Positions 39,869 to 51,030 of a DNA stretch of 64,000 bases are shown here, in pieces (the first letter of the stretch is position 1; each line of letters opens with the position of its first letter). Where the stretch lies: positions 19,654,001 to 19,718,000 of the forward strand of contig OY740802.1 in the NCBI GenBank assembly GCA_963514005.1. The letters are read 5' to 3'. The notes beneath the pieces are model-generated. The model was given only the letters and a program-made list of their open reading frames with translations, was not told where the DNA came from and ran no database searches. Origin of the DNA: Raja brachyura (taxonomy: Eukaryota). The translations under genes were made by a program, and so were the position numbers.

Positions 39869-41137
39869 CTCCATTTCTGTCATATGGACCTCCTCGTCTT
39901 TGTGGTGAAGAGGGCAGCAGGGAGCATATCCCCTGAGCCAGTGGCATCCAGATCAGAATGGACGACTAGGTGGAACTGAGTCTACCTGTGAGGTATATTC
40001 ACCTCAAACTTTAACAGTGCCATACCTCAACAAATTCCATTACTTTATAAGACTAACCTTGACAGTACATCCAGAGGTTATCTCTTTGTCGCAGTTCCAA
40101 AAAAACAGAGCATTTGCATATGCACCTTATGAGTGGAGAAAGCCACTGAGACTCTGAGCCTGTGCTAACATTCAACAAGATTACAGCTGATCAAATGATC
40201 CATCTGCTTTAAAAAAAATTCCCAATTCCCAGAGGAGTACCCATGGCACCGTATGAGGAATTGCTTTGGATGCAATGCAGGAAGATATCCAGCTTCCAAT
40301 GGGGATCTCACTGCCTGAACCGCAAGAAAGCCCAGAGTGATCTAACCAGTTCAGCATGAGGGCTTCTGCTCAAGGATGTGAGGAGGGAGGTCTTTCTCCT
40401 GCAACAGAGTGTTGAAAGCATCCTAATAGAGTACCGAAGATTATGAGCTGTAATGCAGGTCAGTTGCCATCTTCTGGGATGATTCAGGGATTTGTAAGTA
40501 TGGTATGACATTAATCTTGTTATCAATGGGAGTAGAGTTAAAGTTCCATATGAAGAGAGTCACAGAACTTTCACCATTGTCTTAAAGCAATCTAGCATTT
40601 AGATGCATTACTCTTTATTAATCTGGAGATATTTGCATGGTGCCTGGGTGTTCCTGGGCAGTGCTCCTCAAACCGTGGCCCAAGCAATATCCTGCAGCCT
40701 GTCCATAAGAAAGCCAGTTAAATTAATTTTGAAATGAATGTATGTGAAGCTCTTTAGGTATGGCTGCAAGTGTGGCTCCCAAAGGCAAACAGGTTGGGAT
40801 GCGCTGTCTTCAATAGCCCCTGCAAACGTGAGCCCTTCATCACCTCCCCATTTGATGTAGTACACCCGGTGTTACAGCATTGGAAGAAACCATGGCAGAG
40901 GAGGCAGCCCGTGGTGGAATGGCAGCACATCTATCTGTGATAAATAGTGACATCCTCTTGAATCACAGGCACCTCCCAGGTGAATGTGAATCAAAGTGTG
41001 AGCAGACCTTTAAATTGTGGACATACAGTGCACAGAACTCTGATAACATGCTTTATTGTTAATGAGCTAGTTTTGGCTGCCAAGGTTCAAAATGAGAACT
41101 GCACTAGGAGGAATGGCCCACATACCTAACATCTGAC

Positions 41138-41263
41138 CTGAAGAAGGGTCCCAACCTGAAACATCACCTATCCACGTTCTCCAGTGATGCTACCTGACTC
41201 GCTAAGCTACTCCAGCACTTTCTGTCTTTTCTTGTAAAGCAGCATCTGCAGTTCCTTGTTTCT
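41138..41263 (+). mobile_element. Penelope/hammerhead-type unit
   Basis: 14-bp duplication ACATCTGACCTGAA at 41129-41142 and 41264-41277. Confidence 0.78.
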
Positions 41264-41879
41264 ACATCTGACCTGAACTGACCTCCTTAGTGACCAGAAT
41301 CACCAAGTTCTGCTCCAAATAATGTGATTTCATTATTTTCCCATGAAAATATGCAAATAATGTCGCATAGTATCTAAACACACAATGATACGTACTCCAG
41401 TTCTTCTGCAAAATTTCTTAATGTTTGATTAAGTACTTCTTGCATACTATTAATATCCTTGTCAGTATTCCTACAGTCCTCTCGGTTCCATTGGAAATTA
41501 AATGATCTTGGACTGCACTCACGTATGACCTACAGCCAATGCTATTCAATAGGATCGGCAAGCTTTTGTGCAAATGGATTTTATGAATTTGCTTTGATTT
41601 ATAAACTATCCACAAGTAGAACATTAAAAAAAATTATGAATGTAGGGATGATGTTTTATGATTGCTTAGTGCTCTAATAGCAAATTAATAGGTTCCTGAA
41701 AATAGCAGTGAGAGGAATTTCAGATGAATATATTAATTATTTATCAACGGGTATGACATGCCCATGAATTTCAAGGCAATACATTTCCTTCTGAATAAAA
41801 TTAGAATAATCCAGTGATTTCTAATATTAACAAGTTAGGAACATAATTAAATAGTCAGCAAATGAAGTGCAATTGGAGG

Positions 41880-42150
41880 GTGGCCTTGCCGAGGCAGTGT
41901 GAGGTGTAAATTGAGTCAATGGAAGGGAGGTTGGTTTGTGTGACGGTTTGATCTGCGTCCACAATTCTCTGCAATTTTTTGTGGTCTTGGTAGAGGTGTC
42001 CCCAAACCATGCTGTGATGTATCTTGATAGAATGCTTTCAGCGGGACATCTGTAGAACTTGGTGAGATTTGTTGGGGACATGCCCAACTTCCTAAATCTT
42101 CTAATGAAGTAGAGGCGTTGGTGTGCTTTCTTGGCCATTACTTTGATATG
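41880..42150 (-). mobile_element. Rex1/Babar-like LINE fragment
   Basis: KKAHQRLYFIRRFRKLGMSP..FYRC..ESIL..ITAWFG. Confidence 0.8.
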
Positions 42151-42367
42151 AACATCTCCCTGTGGGATAACTGAATTTTCCATGGCATTCTGGCTCATTC
42201 TAACACATGCATAGACCTCAACATCAAACTTACAAATGAGTTCAAGGCCTTGCAGTCTTCACAAGGTACACAAGTTAGTCATCTGGCTAATGCCAATGCC
42301 ACATTCAGAAAGGCAAGATTGGCACAGTGAGAGCATGGGAAGCTACGAATAATGGGTGTTTGTTGAA

Positions 42368-43400
42368 TGAAGGAACTCCAGATGCTGGTTTACCAAGAAA
42401 AAAACAATAATACTGGAGTAACTAACTCAGCAGTTCAGGCAGCAACCCTGGAGAACATGGAACGGTGACGTTTCATGTCGGGACCCTTCTCAGACTGATT
42501 GCAGGGGTGGGGAGAAAGAAAGCGAGAAGAGGCCATAGCTTCAGAATTAAAGGACGTTCTTTTAGGAAGGAGATGAGGATAAATTTATTTAGTCAGATGG
42601 TGGGGAATCTGTGGAATTCTTTGCCACAGAAGGCTGTGGAGGCCAAGCCAGTACTTTTAAGGCAGAGATAGATAGATTCTTGATTAGTAGTGTTAGAAGT
42701 TATGGGGAGAAGGCAGGAGAATGCGGTTGGGAGGGAGGGATAGATCAGCCATGATTCAATGGCTGACTGGACTTGATGGGCCAAATGGCCTAATTCTACT
42801 CCTATCACTTATGACCTTATGAGTGGAGGGGCAGGCAAAGCAATACAGCTCGTAAGTGAACATGGGCGAGGGGGGGTGATTGACAGGCAGATGGTTGGAT
42901 AAAGGCCAGAGGTGAACTTACACAAGGTGTGGACAAACGGATTAGAGAGTGCTAATTATGAAGCTAGATGATTGACAATGTGTAACTTGTTTAGGAATGT
43001 AGGTGGAGGGGAGGGGAGAGATAGGTGTCAGGTCAGTTAGGGCTCAGGGGAGGGGAGAGGGGGGAAAGGAAGGGGTAATGCAGACAAAAGGGGGGGGCGG
43101 TGGTTTTGAGGTACGAAGGGAAAGGGGAATGGTGGATGTATTGCAGAGGTTACCTAAAGTTGGAGAATTCAATGCTACCCCAGCAAAATATGGGTTGCTA
43201 TTCCGCCAGATTGTGTGTTGCCTCACTCTTACAATGGAAGAGGCCCAGGACAGAAAAGTCAGTATGGGAATGGGAAGGGGAGTTAAAATTGTTAGCAACC
43301 GGGCAATCCTGCCAACTTTGGCAGACCCGGCACCCAATGTTCAGCGAAACAGTCGCAAGTCTACACTTTGTCTCGCACATGCGCAGAAGGCTACATCGGA
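42368..43400 (-). mobile_element. Penelope-like 3' fragment interrupted by a plus-strand CR1 3' end (~42530-42820)
   Basis: Minus ORF PVANNFNSPSHSHTDFSVLGLFHCKSEA at ~43198-43310; hammerhead-type block at ~42370-42497. Confidence 0.82.
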
Positions 43401-43499
43401 ATGGTTGTTTCCACTAAACAGAATACTTTGAACGTGACTATATGACAAAACCCCAATCCTGGCACAACACCAGTATTGGCTTGAAATCCATGTACTTGG

Positions 43500-45500
43500 C
43501 TTGGTGACAGACTGCAAGGATATCTGCATCACCTGCGTAATGATAGATATGGGTAACTTGGAGTGATAATTCCTGCTCTGTCCTGTTATCCCCATCAGCT
43601 TGCTCCCAAAATGACAGTGGCAATAGAAATACACTAGAAGAAAAGCAATGTTAAAGGTCTCAAGGGCCTACAAAGAACCTCACAGACAACCTGAAGACTC
43701 CCAACCATAAGGAAACACAGTGTCATCAGTGTGTGAGGTCTGCTGTATTCAGCATCTGTGATGATCATTTCTGTGAAAGTGTTTGGATGAGAATTATCAG
43801 AAAACCCAGGAGCTAATTAACACATTCTTTGATTGGAATCTTCACCAGGGGAATAGAAACACCTTTAAGGCTGGTGAGGGTCGTGGTCCAATAAAACAAT
43901 GCACATGACCTTAACAACAGATGTTTGGCAGAATACAGGAGATTAGAACTATGAAATCATGGATGCTTCAGCCTTGTCAAAGCCACCTATAGACGAAATA
44001 CTCAGGGGATCGTCCTGCCAAGAGCTGGATGGGAGGTTTTCAAGGGCTGATATGCAGTCAGTACTTGCTGGAAGAAGGATGTTGAAGGACTCTTGTTGTC
44101 GACTATGACTCTGTCCATGATGCAACTGATTCCAACAGTAAATTATCCATCTGGTCTCACTACTTCAGACAGACAAAATGTTGAAAGAGCCACATCCCAA
44201 TGAAAAACAAACAGGCCTTGCAAGCAAGAAGTACATCTGCAGATGTTCTAAACTTTGATTGAGAAGAACTTTAGATGTAAAGTCACAGCCTTATCCCTTA
44301 TGTCTGGGAAGATGAGGATATGCATGGGAATTTTAGAGATACTGCTATTTCATCCATCCTCATGAAAGAGGATCTATCTCTTTGGGGTGACTGTCAAGGC
44401 TTCTCCCAGTTGCCTGTCACAGAAGAAATCTCTCCCACGGTCCTCCTTAACAATCTCTTCTCAAAGGCTTGACGACAGTAGAAATGCCCCGTGCGTGTCC
44501 CGGGGCGCCGCACACGTGGCGGGAGTGCCCCTGGGGTGCCGCGTAGGCCCAATCCACCCGCTGAACAACCACGGCACCGATTGGAACACGCCCCAGTAGG
44601 CCTGACTCGCCCCACAGGCCTCCCAGGGGACTGCCAGGGTACTGCGGGACTTCGCCAAAGGAGCGGCGGCGGCGATGGGAGCCTTGGCAACAACGATGGG
44701 AGCCTTGGCGGTGGCGTGAGCCTCAGCGGTGGTGTGGCCTCAACGACAATGGGAGCCATGTTGGCGGTGGGGCCTCAGCGGCAACGGAATCTTGGTGGTG
44801 GTGGGGCCTTCTGAGCGACCCGCGATCAGCGGTCGATGAGTGTGAGGGGAAGACAATGGGGACCAGGCGTGGGGGGGATCGCCATAAAGAACAATGGGGA
44901 CCCGGTGTGGGGGGACCACGATGAAGAACAATAGGAGAACAAAGGGGGAACCCGGGAGGGGGGGCACTAATTTATAATCCTCTGCCCAGGGTAAAGTCTG
45001 CGTCTGTTTGTTTGTTCAAGGTTAAGGCGCTGTGCACAGGGCAGCCAGCCAACAGTCGCTTTTAATTTCAAGTTTTCGTTTACCTTGTTGTGTGTTGTGA
45101 CTGTTGGCAGACCAATTTCCCTCTGTTTTATTGTAGTTTATCGTATCATAATGGCAGGGTAGATGTTACCCACAAGAGGCACAAGGGACAGGTTCTTCAC
45201 AGCATGGCAACTTCAAGAGCAATACAGGGAACAGTACCTGACACCAGATACAGCCTTTACTGTTCACGTCACAAACATCTTTAACTGCCAATTGGGAAGG
45301 GATGTAGAATATCCTTCTCAAATTTGTCTATCGTCAGAAAAAAAACTTTCTCCATCGCATCTCTGTTGCAATATGGCAGGATTTTAATCAACGGACCCAA
45401 TTTCAGTGTAGACTGCAGTCAAGCAAGGCTACATCCTGGCACCAAGACTTTGCTACATCTCACCTTCAAAGATTATGCTCCAAATTGGATCTAATCTAAA
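43500..45500 (+). mobile_element. Old RTE-clade LINE remnant, interrupted at ~44390-45150 by a younger GC-rich insertion with a Rex1-like 3' end
   Basis: Decayed WEDEDMHGNFRD..KRGS at ~44300-44390 and FTAWQLQEQYREQ at ~45195-45235. Confidence 0.6.
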
Positions 45501-45560
45501 GGGCGATGGGAACCTGTTAAACCCATGTCATACTCCAGATATGGAGCTACAACACACTTA

Positions 45561-46315
45561 TACCTCTGTCCCACTTAGGAAACCGGAACGGAAACCTCTG
45601 GTGACCTTGCCCATGACCCAAGGTTCCCATAAGGTCGCCAGAGGTTTTGGTCACTCGCCTGGAAAACCTCGACCTGGATCGACCAAAGCGTGAGCTGCAT
45701 CTACTGACCAAAGATCCTATAGGATCTTTGCTACCGACCGCACACACACAAACACATCGCGAAGGTGGGGGCCATGGAGAGTGGAGTAGCGCTGTCTGCA
45801 CGATGAAGAGGAAGGTAAACGGCTGCCACAGAGCACGGTAAGTCTTTTAGAGAGCGCGGGGGGGGGGTTGGGGGTAGAGAGAAGGGGAGGGAGAAGGGGA
45901 GGAGAAGGGGAGAGAAGGGAGGAGACGGGGCTATACCATACAGCCATACAGAAGGAGTGGAGACAGTTTTAAGAAGTTTAATGAAGTTAGCGGGCATTTT
46001 ACCTACCGGCAGGTCTTCTAGGCCCTGAAAACTCCAATGAGCCAATCAAAATGGCCGGTCAGCGAAGGAAATGGCTTTGACTGCCTGTAAGTAAATAGCG
46101 ACCACACTCCACCGGCTTCGACCAAACGGCAACCTATTTTTAGTCGAGGCCGGTTTTGATTTTGTTGAAACAATCGAAGCAACCTAGATGAAGCCTCGAC
46201 CACTTTCGACCATTAGGGAGAGTGACCAAAACCTCCAGCGACCTCATGGAAACCTTGGGTCGCGGGCAAGCTCACCAGAGGTTTCCATTCAGGTTTCCTA
46301 AATGGGACAATGGCA
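45561..46315. mobile_element. PIF/Harbinger-like MITE
   Basis: Long imperfect TIRs (..TGTCCCACTTAGGAAACCGGAACGGAAACCTCTGGTGA.., ~100 bp); TTA TSD at 45558-45560 and 46316-46318. Confidence 0.85.
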
Positions 46316-46439
46316 TTAGGATGCTTGCTTACATTTGCATTTGGTAGACAAAACTCTAAGCCATCATTGACCAGTTCTTTAAAGCAAATGATAGAAAGGG
46401 TCTCGCATTCAATATCTACAAAACAAATATTTACCACCA

Positions 46440-46608
46440 ACCTCCCCTATGATCTCGCATGTTCACACCTTACCATTCCATATCTCTATGTCTCCTTCTC
46501 CCCTGACTTTCAGTCCGAAGCAGGGTCTCGACCAGAAACATCACCCATTCCTTTTATCCAGAGATGCTGCCAATCCCACTGAGTTACTCCAGCATTTTGT
46601 GTCTATCC
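46440..46608 (+). mobile_element. Penelope 3' region and hammerhead-type unit
   Basis: CAGTCCGAAGCAGGGTCTCGACCAGAAACATCACC plus the downstream block. Confidence 0.7.
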
Positions 46609-47184
46609 CTATCATAATGCTTATCATCTACTGGCCATCAGTTATCCTGGCTCTCCTGCATATGTTGACTATTTAACACACTTGAAAGCTCTGAAGGGAT
46701 ACCACTGTCACCACCACCACAAAAACAGGTGCAATGGCACAGCTGCCTCACTGTGCCAAAGACTCAAGTTCAATTAGTAATTTGCATGTTCTTCCTATGA
46801 CCCAAGGACGGTAGCCTTCCACACTGTGAAGATATACATATTGCAGGGTTAATTAGCTGCACTCAATTGTCCCACACATGTGGATGAGTGGTGGAATCTG
46901 GGGAGTTGTTGATAATGTGAGTAGAATATAAAATGGATTAATTGTAAGATTAATGGCGCTTGATCACCCAATGACAATGTTCTCTCCTAGGCCAACATCC
47001 CCATCATTGTGGCCCAAATTGTACTCAGTTGGCTTTGATGAGAAGGACACATCATTTTCATTACAAAATCCAGATTCCTGAATCAAAATCTGTCTGTCAA
47101 TGTTCCTAAAAGACGTTTTAAATTCTCACTGTGTCAGGCAATGGAGGTGTATTTATAATGAAAATGAGAACCATATGCCCCTTA

Positions 47185-47885
47185 AAAGGTTAAGGTTTCA
47201 AAGGTCTTTCATTGTCACATGTACCAATTATGATACAGTGGTATGCAAATTACCATACAGCCATACAAAAAAAACAAGATACACAACTACATAAAGTTAA
47301 AATAAACATCCACCACAGTGGATTCCCCACAAGGTAAAAAAGTCCATACTTCCTCTTTATTCTATCTCAGTTGGGGCAGTTGAATCATCCGTTGGGACGA
47401 TCGAAGCTCCCGCAGCCAGCGGTCGAATCTCCCGTGTCGGGACGATCGAAACTGCCATGTCGAGGCAGTTGAAACTCCTGCGGTTTGGAGTTCCTGAAGT
47501 CGGACTCTGACCAGAGACAGCGAGTTCTGTGATGTTAATTTCACAAGCACCCACGTTAGAGCTCTGAGGTTGATCTTTGGCAAAGGGATCGTGGGCCCCG
47601 CGATGTTAAAGTCCCATAGGCTCCCCTCAGTGGAGCTCTCAAAAGTCGGTCTCCAGCAAAGGCCGCCAACTCCTCGATGTTAGGCAGCAGTTCGGACAAA
47701 GATACGATATGGAAAAATATTGCATCTCCATCGAGGTAAGACATTAGAAAAAGTTTCCCCCACCCCCCACATAAACCAAGTTAAAGAACACTAAAGTCAT
47801 TTATTTAACACAAACTATTAAAACATATAGAAGGAGGGGACAGACAGACTGTTGGTGAGGCAGGCATTGCTGGCACCACCCAGTG
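47185..47885 (-). mobile_element. Non-coding retroposon fragment; a related partial copy lies at ~21250-21385
   Basis: Shared block ..CAGCCATAC..ACAAGATACACAAC..TAAACATCCACCACAG..; superfamily uncertain. Confidence 0.5.
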
Positions 47886-49259
47886 GTTTACCAGGAGTGC
47901 ACGGACCACTCTGCCCCATAAAGCTTGTGTTGCCCACTAGTGACAGAGTCTGCACACCACACCTTGGCTTCATCAACCTCCCCATGACCCACAGAATTCA
48001 GCAAAGGCATGTATTCCTTAATCCTGAATGCCATCAAATAAAGAAGAAGAAGAATTAATACAGGGAACAACAGAACAGAGAGAGCAGTAGAAAAAAAAAT
48101 GTGATTATTTAGAGCGTAGGTCTGCACCTATAAGCTATTTGTTTCTTTTCAAAAGCTACTTGCGGAATCAATCAGGCTGGTAATTGAATCAATCACCAGT
48201 GTGGAGAACTCAGTCTTCTAAAGTCAATAGCCGTGGGAAGTCATGAAAAAATATATCTGGTTTACACTGGGTGGATTATGATATAGGCTCTAATATCTTG
48301 ATGAGTCCATAAACCATATAGGTAATATTGAACTTTGAAATAAAAATGGCTTCAGATTTGAAATACTATCTAATACAGTCTAGTTTATGAAGGAATTTTC
48401 CTTCCAATTCGTAAATACAAATGGAGCTATCCAGGAATTAAACCTGGTGAACTATAACATGTTCTATTTTATCATGTATGAGAGTTGCCATTCCTCTTGC
48501 ACCCAACTGGGTGTAATACAACCTTTATCTTGTGGCAAGGTTATTTAGACTTTCTTCCTCAACTCAACAGTATCAGCCATTTCAATGCGCCTTCCCGGCC
48601 ACATTACCAGCTTTCTCTTCTCCTTAGTCATTCTGATGCTCTCCAACAAGATCTCTGTAATATCCTTTTCTGATTGAGAGGATGTCTCTATCGCTTCATC
48701 CAGAAACTCAAATGAACTAAAAAGTCAGTAGTATTGCGAATATAGCTCTTCGGGCTAACAAAGTCAAGGGATATGGGAGGAAAGCAGGAACAGTGTACTG
48801 ATTTTGGATGATCAGCCATGATCATATTGAATGGCAGTGCTAGCTCGAAGGGCCAAATGACCTGCTCCTGCACCTATTTTCTGTATTTCCATGGGATCTT
48901 CATTTGTTTCAAGAGAAACAAATGGTACATCTTCTAAATATCCATGTGACCACTTCTGGGAAACTATGGTCTATTGCAGTAGATGCAGGAAATTACTGGG
49001 TATAGGAACCACTTGAAGGATGACTGCTGGGTATACACTGCACGATGAACAGACCTGGCCAGAAATAAGTTGGTTCCATGGTTGAGGGCGGGTTTGTGTT
49101 TTGCTTTGGCAAGTGGACAGTTAAGTCCAAATTCTATTTCACTTGATAAGGCTATGTGATGGTTGTGGAACTCTAAAAATACCATATGCAGAAATGTAAT
49201 TCTTGTTATGGCGTCTGACTTTGTGTAACTTTGAGAAAATTGTATGATAAAAAATTAAC

Positions 49260-49599
49260 TGCTGTAAAGGCACATATTAAAGATGTGCATTTATATGAAA
49301 GTTTTCACTGTGTTAGATGTTCCAAAGCACTTCATAGCCACTGAAGTATCTTTGAAGTGAAGGCGCCATTCCATTGGGGCAATCAAAGCAGCCAATTTGC
49401 ATAAATGCTATGAAGAAGTGACTTTTAAAGATGTTAGGTTCAGAGATAAATGTTGGCTCCAACATCAACGTGCATTTCTGCTCTTTTTCTAATCAAGTTT
49501 CGATGAAATCTTTTATGCCGACGAAGCCTTCAATTAACATCTCTTCAGAAAGATGATGTTTCAACTTTCCCTCAGTACTGCACTGAGCTGCCAATCTTG
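49260..49599 (-). mobile_element. Deu-domain SINE (SacSINE1/AmnSINE-like), host of the DIRS insertion; continues at ~54290-54335
   Basis: TGCATTTATAT..CCAAAGCACTTCATAGCCACTGAAGTA..GCAGCCAATTTGC..CCCTCAGTACTGCACTG. Weaker copies at ~23440-23950, 54540-54660 and 55910-56110. Confidence 0.65.
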
Positions 49600-49928
49600 A
49601 TTTTACTTCGGAGTCACGTGAGTGACTACGTGAAGAACCCTGTACAGCCGTTCGTGCGTCAGACGTTTTTCGTGCAGACGGCTGTGGAGCAGCGCAGCTC
49701 CTCCATGGTAAGTCTAAAAAAGTTGCAGGTAAGTGTTATTTTTTCTTACCTGTTCTAGGTCTCCTGCAGGAACCTCCGGGGTTTTTTGCAGTGGATGTTC
49801 GCGATGACCGACGAGGGAACCAGCCTAGGGCTTTGGGGGAAAACCCTGGTCCGACCGCGGAAGCGGAGAGCTGGGAAAGTCGGGTTCGCGATCGGAGTCA
49901 CTGATAACGCGGTCAGTGACTCCACATG

Positions 49929-50436
49929 TTGGGTTCCCGGGGTAGGGGAAACTCAAGAATAGTGCGGTTTTAGACCGCAGTAGTCCCCAGGGGATGGGGA
50001 ATTAACGGACCTGAACGGTCAGCCTGGGTTCCCGGTGGAGGGGAAACTCAAGCATATGCGGTTCTAGACCGCAGTAGTCCCCAGGACATGGGGTTAAAAT
50101 TAATTTAAATGGTTAAACTGGGTTCCCGGTGCAGGGGAAACCCAGGTATATGGGTGGTTCCCAGACCACAGTAGTCCCCAGCGCATGGGGTTAAGACAAA
50201 CCTAAACGGTTAGGCTGGGTTCCCGGTGCAGGGGAAACCCAGGTATATGTGTGGTTCCCAGACCACAGTAGTCCCCAGGTAATGGGGTTAATTCACATAA
50301 ATCATTAGCCTGCGTGCCAGGAGGGTACCGTGGGTATATATTTATATATATATATATTATATTTATATGGATTCCTGGTGAGGGGAAATTCACCTATGGG
50401 GTTCCCAAACTACATTAATCCCCAGGATATGGGGAC
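49929..50436 (+). repeat. Tandem array A inside DIRS: ~95-bp multi-hairpin unit, 4 full copies plus 1 diverged
   Basis: Units start at ~49929, 50024, 50118, 50215 and ~50368. Confidence 0.9.
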
Positions 50437-50501
50437 AACTGACAAAATAGTCAGTACAATTGGGAAAGTTGGGAGATTTCACCTCTGGGAATTAATTTAG
50501 A

Positions 50502-51030
50502 GAGCAGCACTTTTGGGTAGGGCTGCTTCATGGGAATGTCAAGTTATGGCAGTGCCAGCCTATGGGAAAGGCTGTGTCAGCAGTATCTTTGTTTAGGACT
50601 GCTAATGGGGATGCCAAGCTATGGTAGGCTAGCCTGATGGAGAGGCTGTGCCAGCAGTACCTTTGCTCAGGACTGCTCAGGGGGATGCCAAGCTATGGCA
50701 GGCTAGCCTATTGGAGAGGCTGTGCCAGCAGCACCTTTGCTCAGGGCTGCTTATGGGGATACCAAACTATGACAGGCTAGCCTATTGCAGAGGCGGTGCC
50801 AGCAGTACCTTTGCTCAGGACTGCTCTAAGGGAATGCCAAGTTATGGTAGGCTAGCCTATTGGAGAGGTTATGCCAGCAGCACCTTTGCTCAGGGCTGCT
50901 TGATGAGAATGCCAAATCTATGGCAAATACTGGGCTATGGGAAAGTCTGGGCCAGCAGCTACTTTGTTCAGGGCTGCTTCATGGGCACCAGGGGTACCTT
51001 GTTAGGGCTGCTTTATGGGAATAGCAGTTT
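50502..51030 (+). repeat. Tandem array B inside DIRS: ~74-bp three-hairpin unit, ~7 copies
   Basis: CAGYA register at 50505, 50581, 50655, 50729, 50803, 50878 and 50956. Confidence 0.9.

Noticed and set aside
40230-41060. Possible decayed Harbinger transposase on the minus strand (AGAIED.., CITAHNL)
   Set aside because: The motifs are too degenerate to support by eye.
50502-51030. CRISPR-like or protein-repeat interpretation of the arrays (including ORF 50648-51055)
   Set aside because: There are no unique spacers or cas genes, the context is eukaryotic, and the ~74-nt period shifts frame with every unit.
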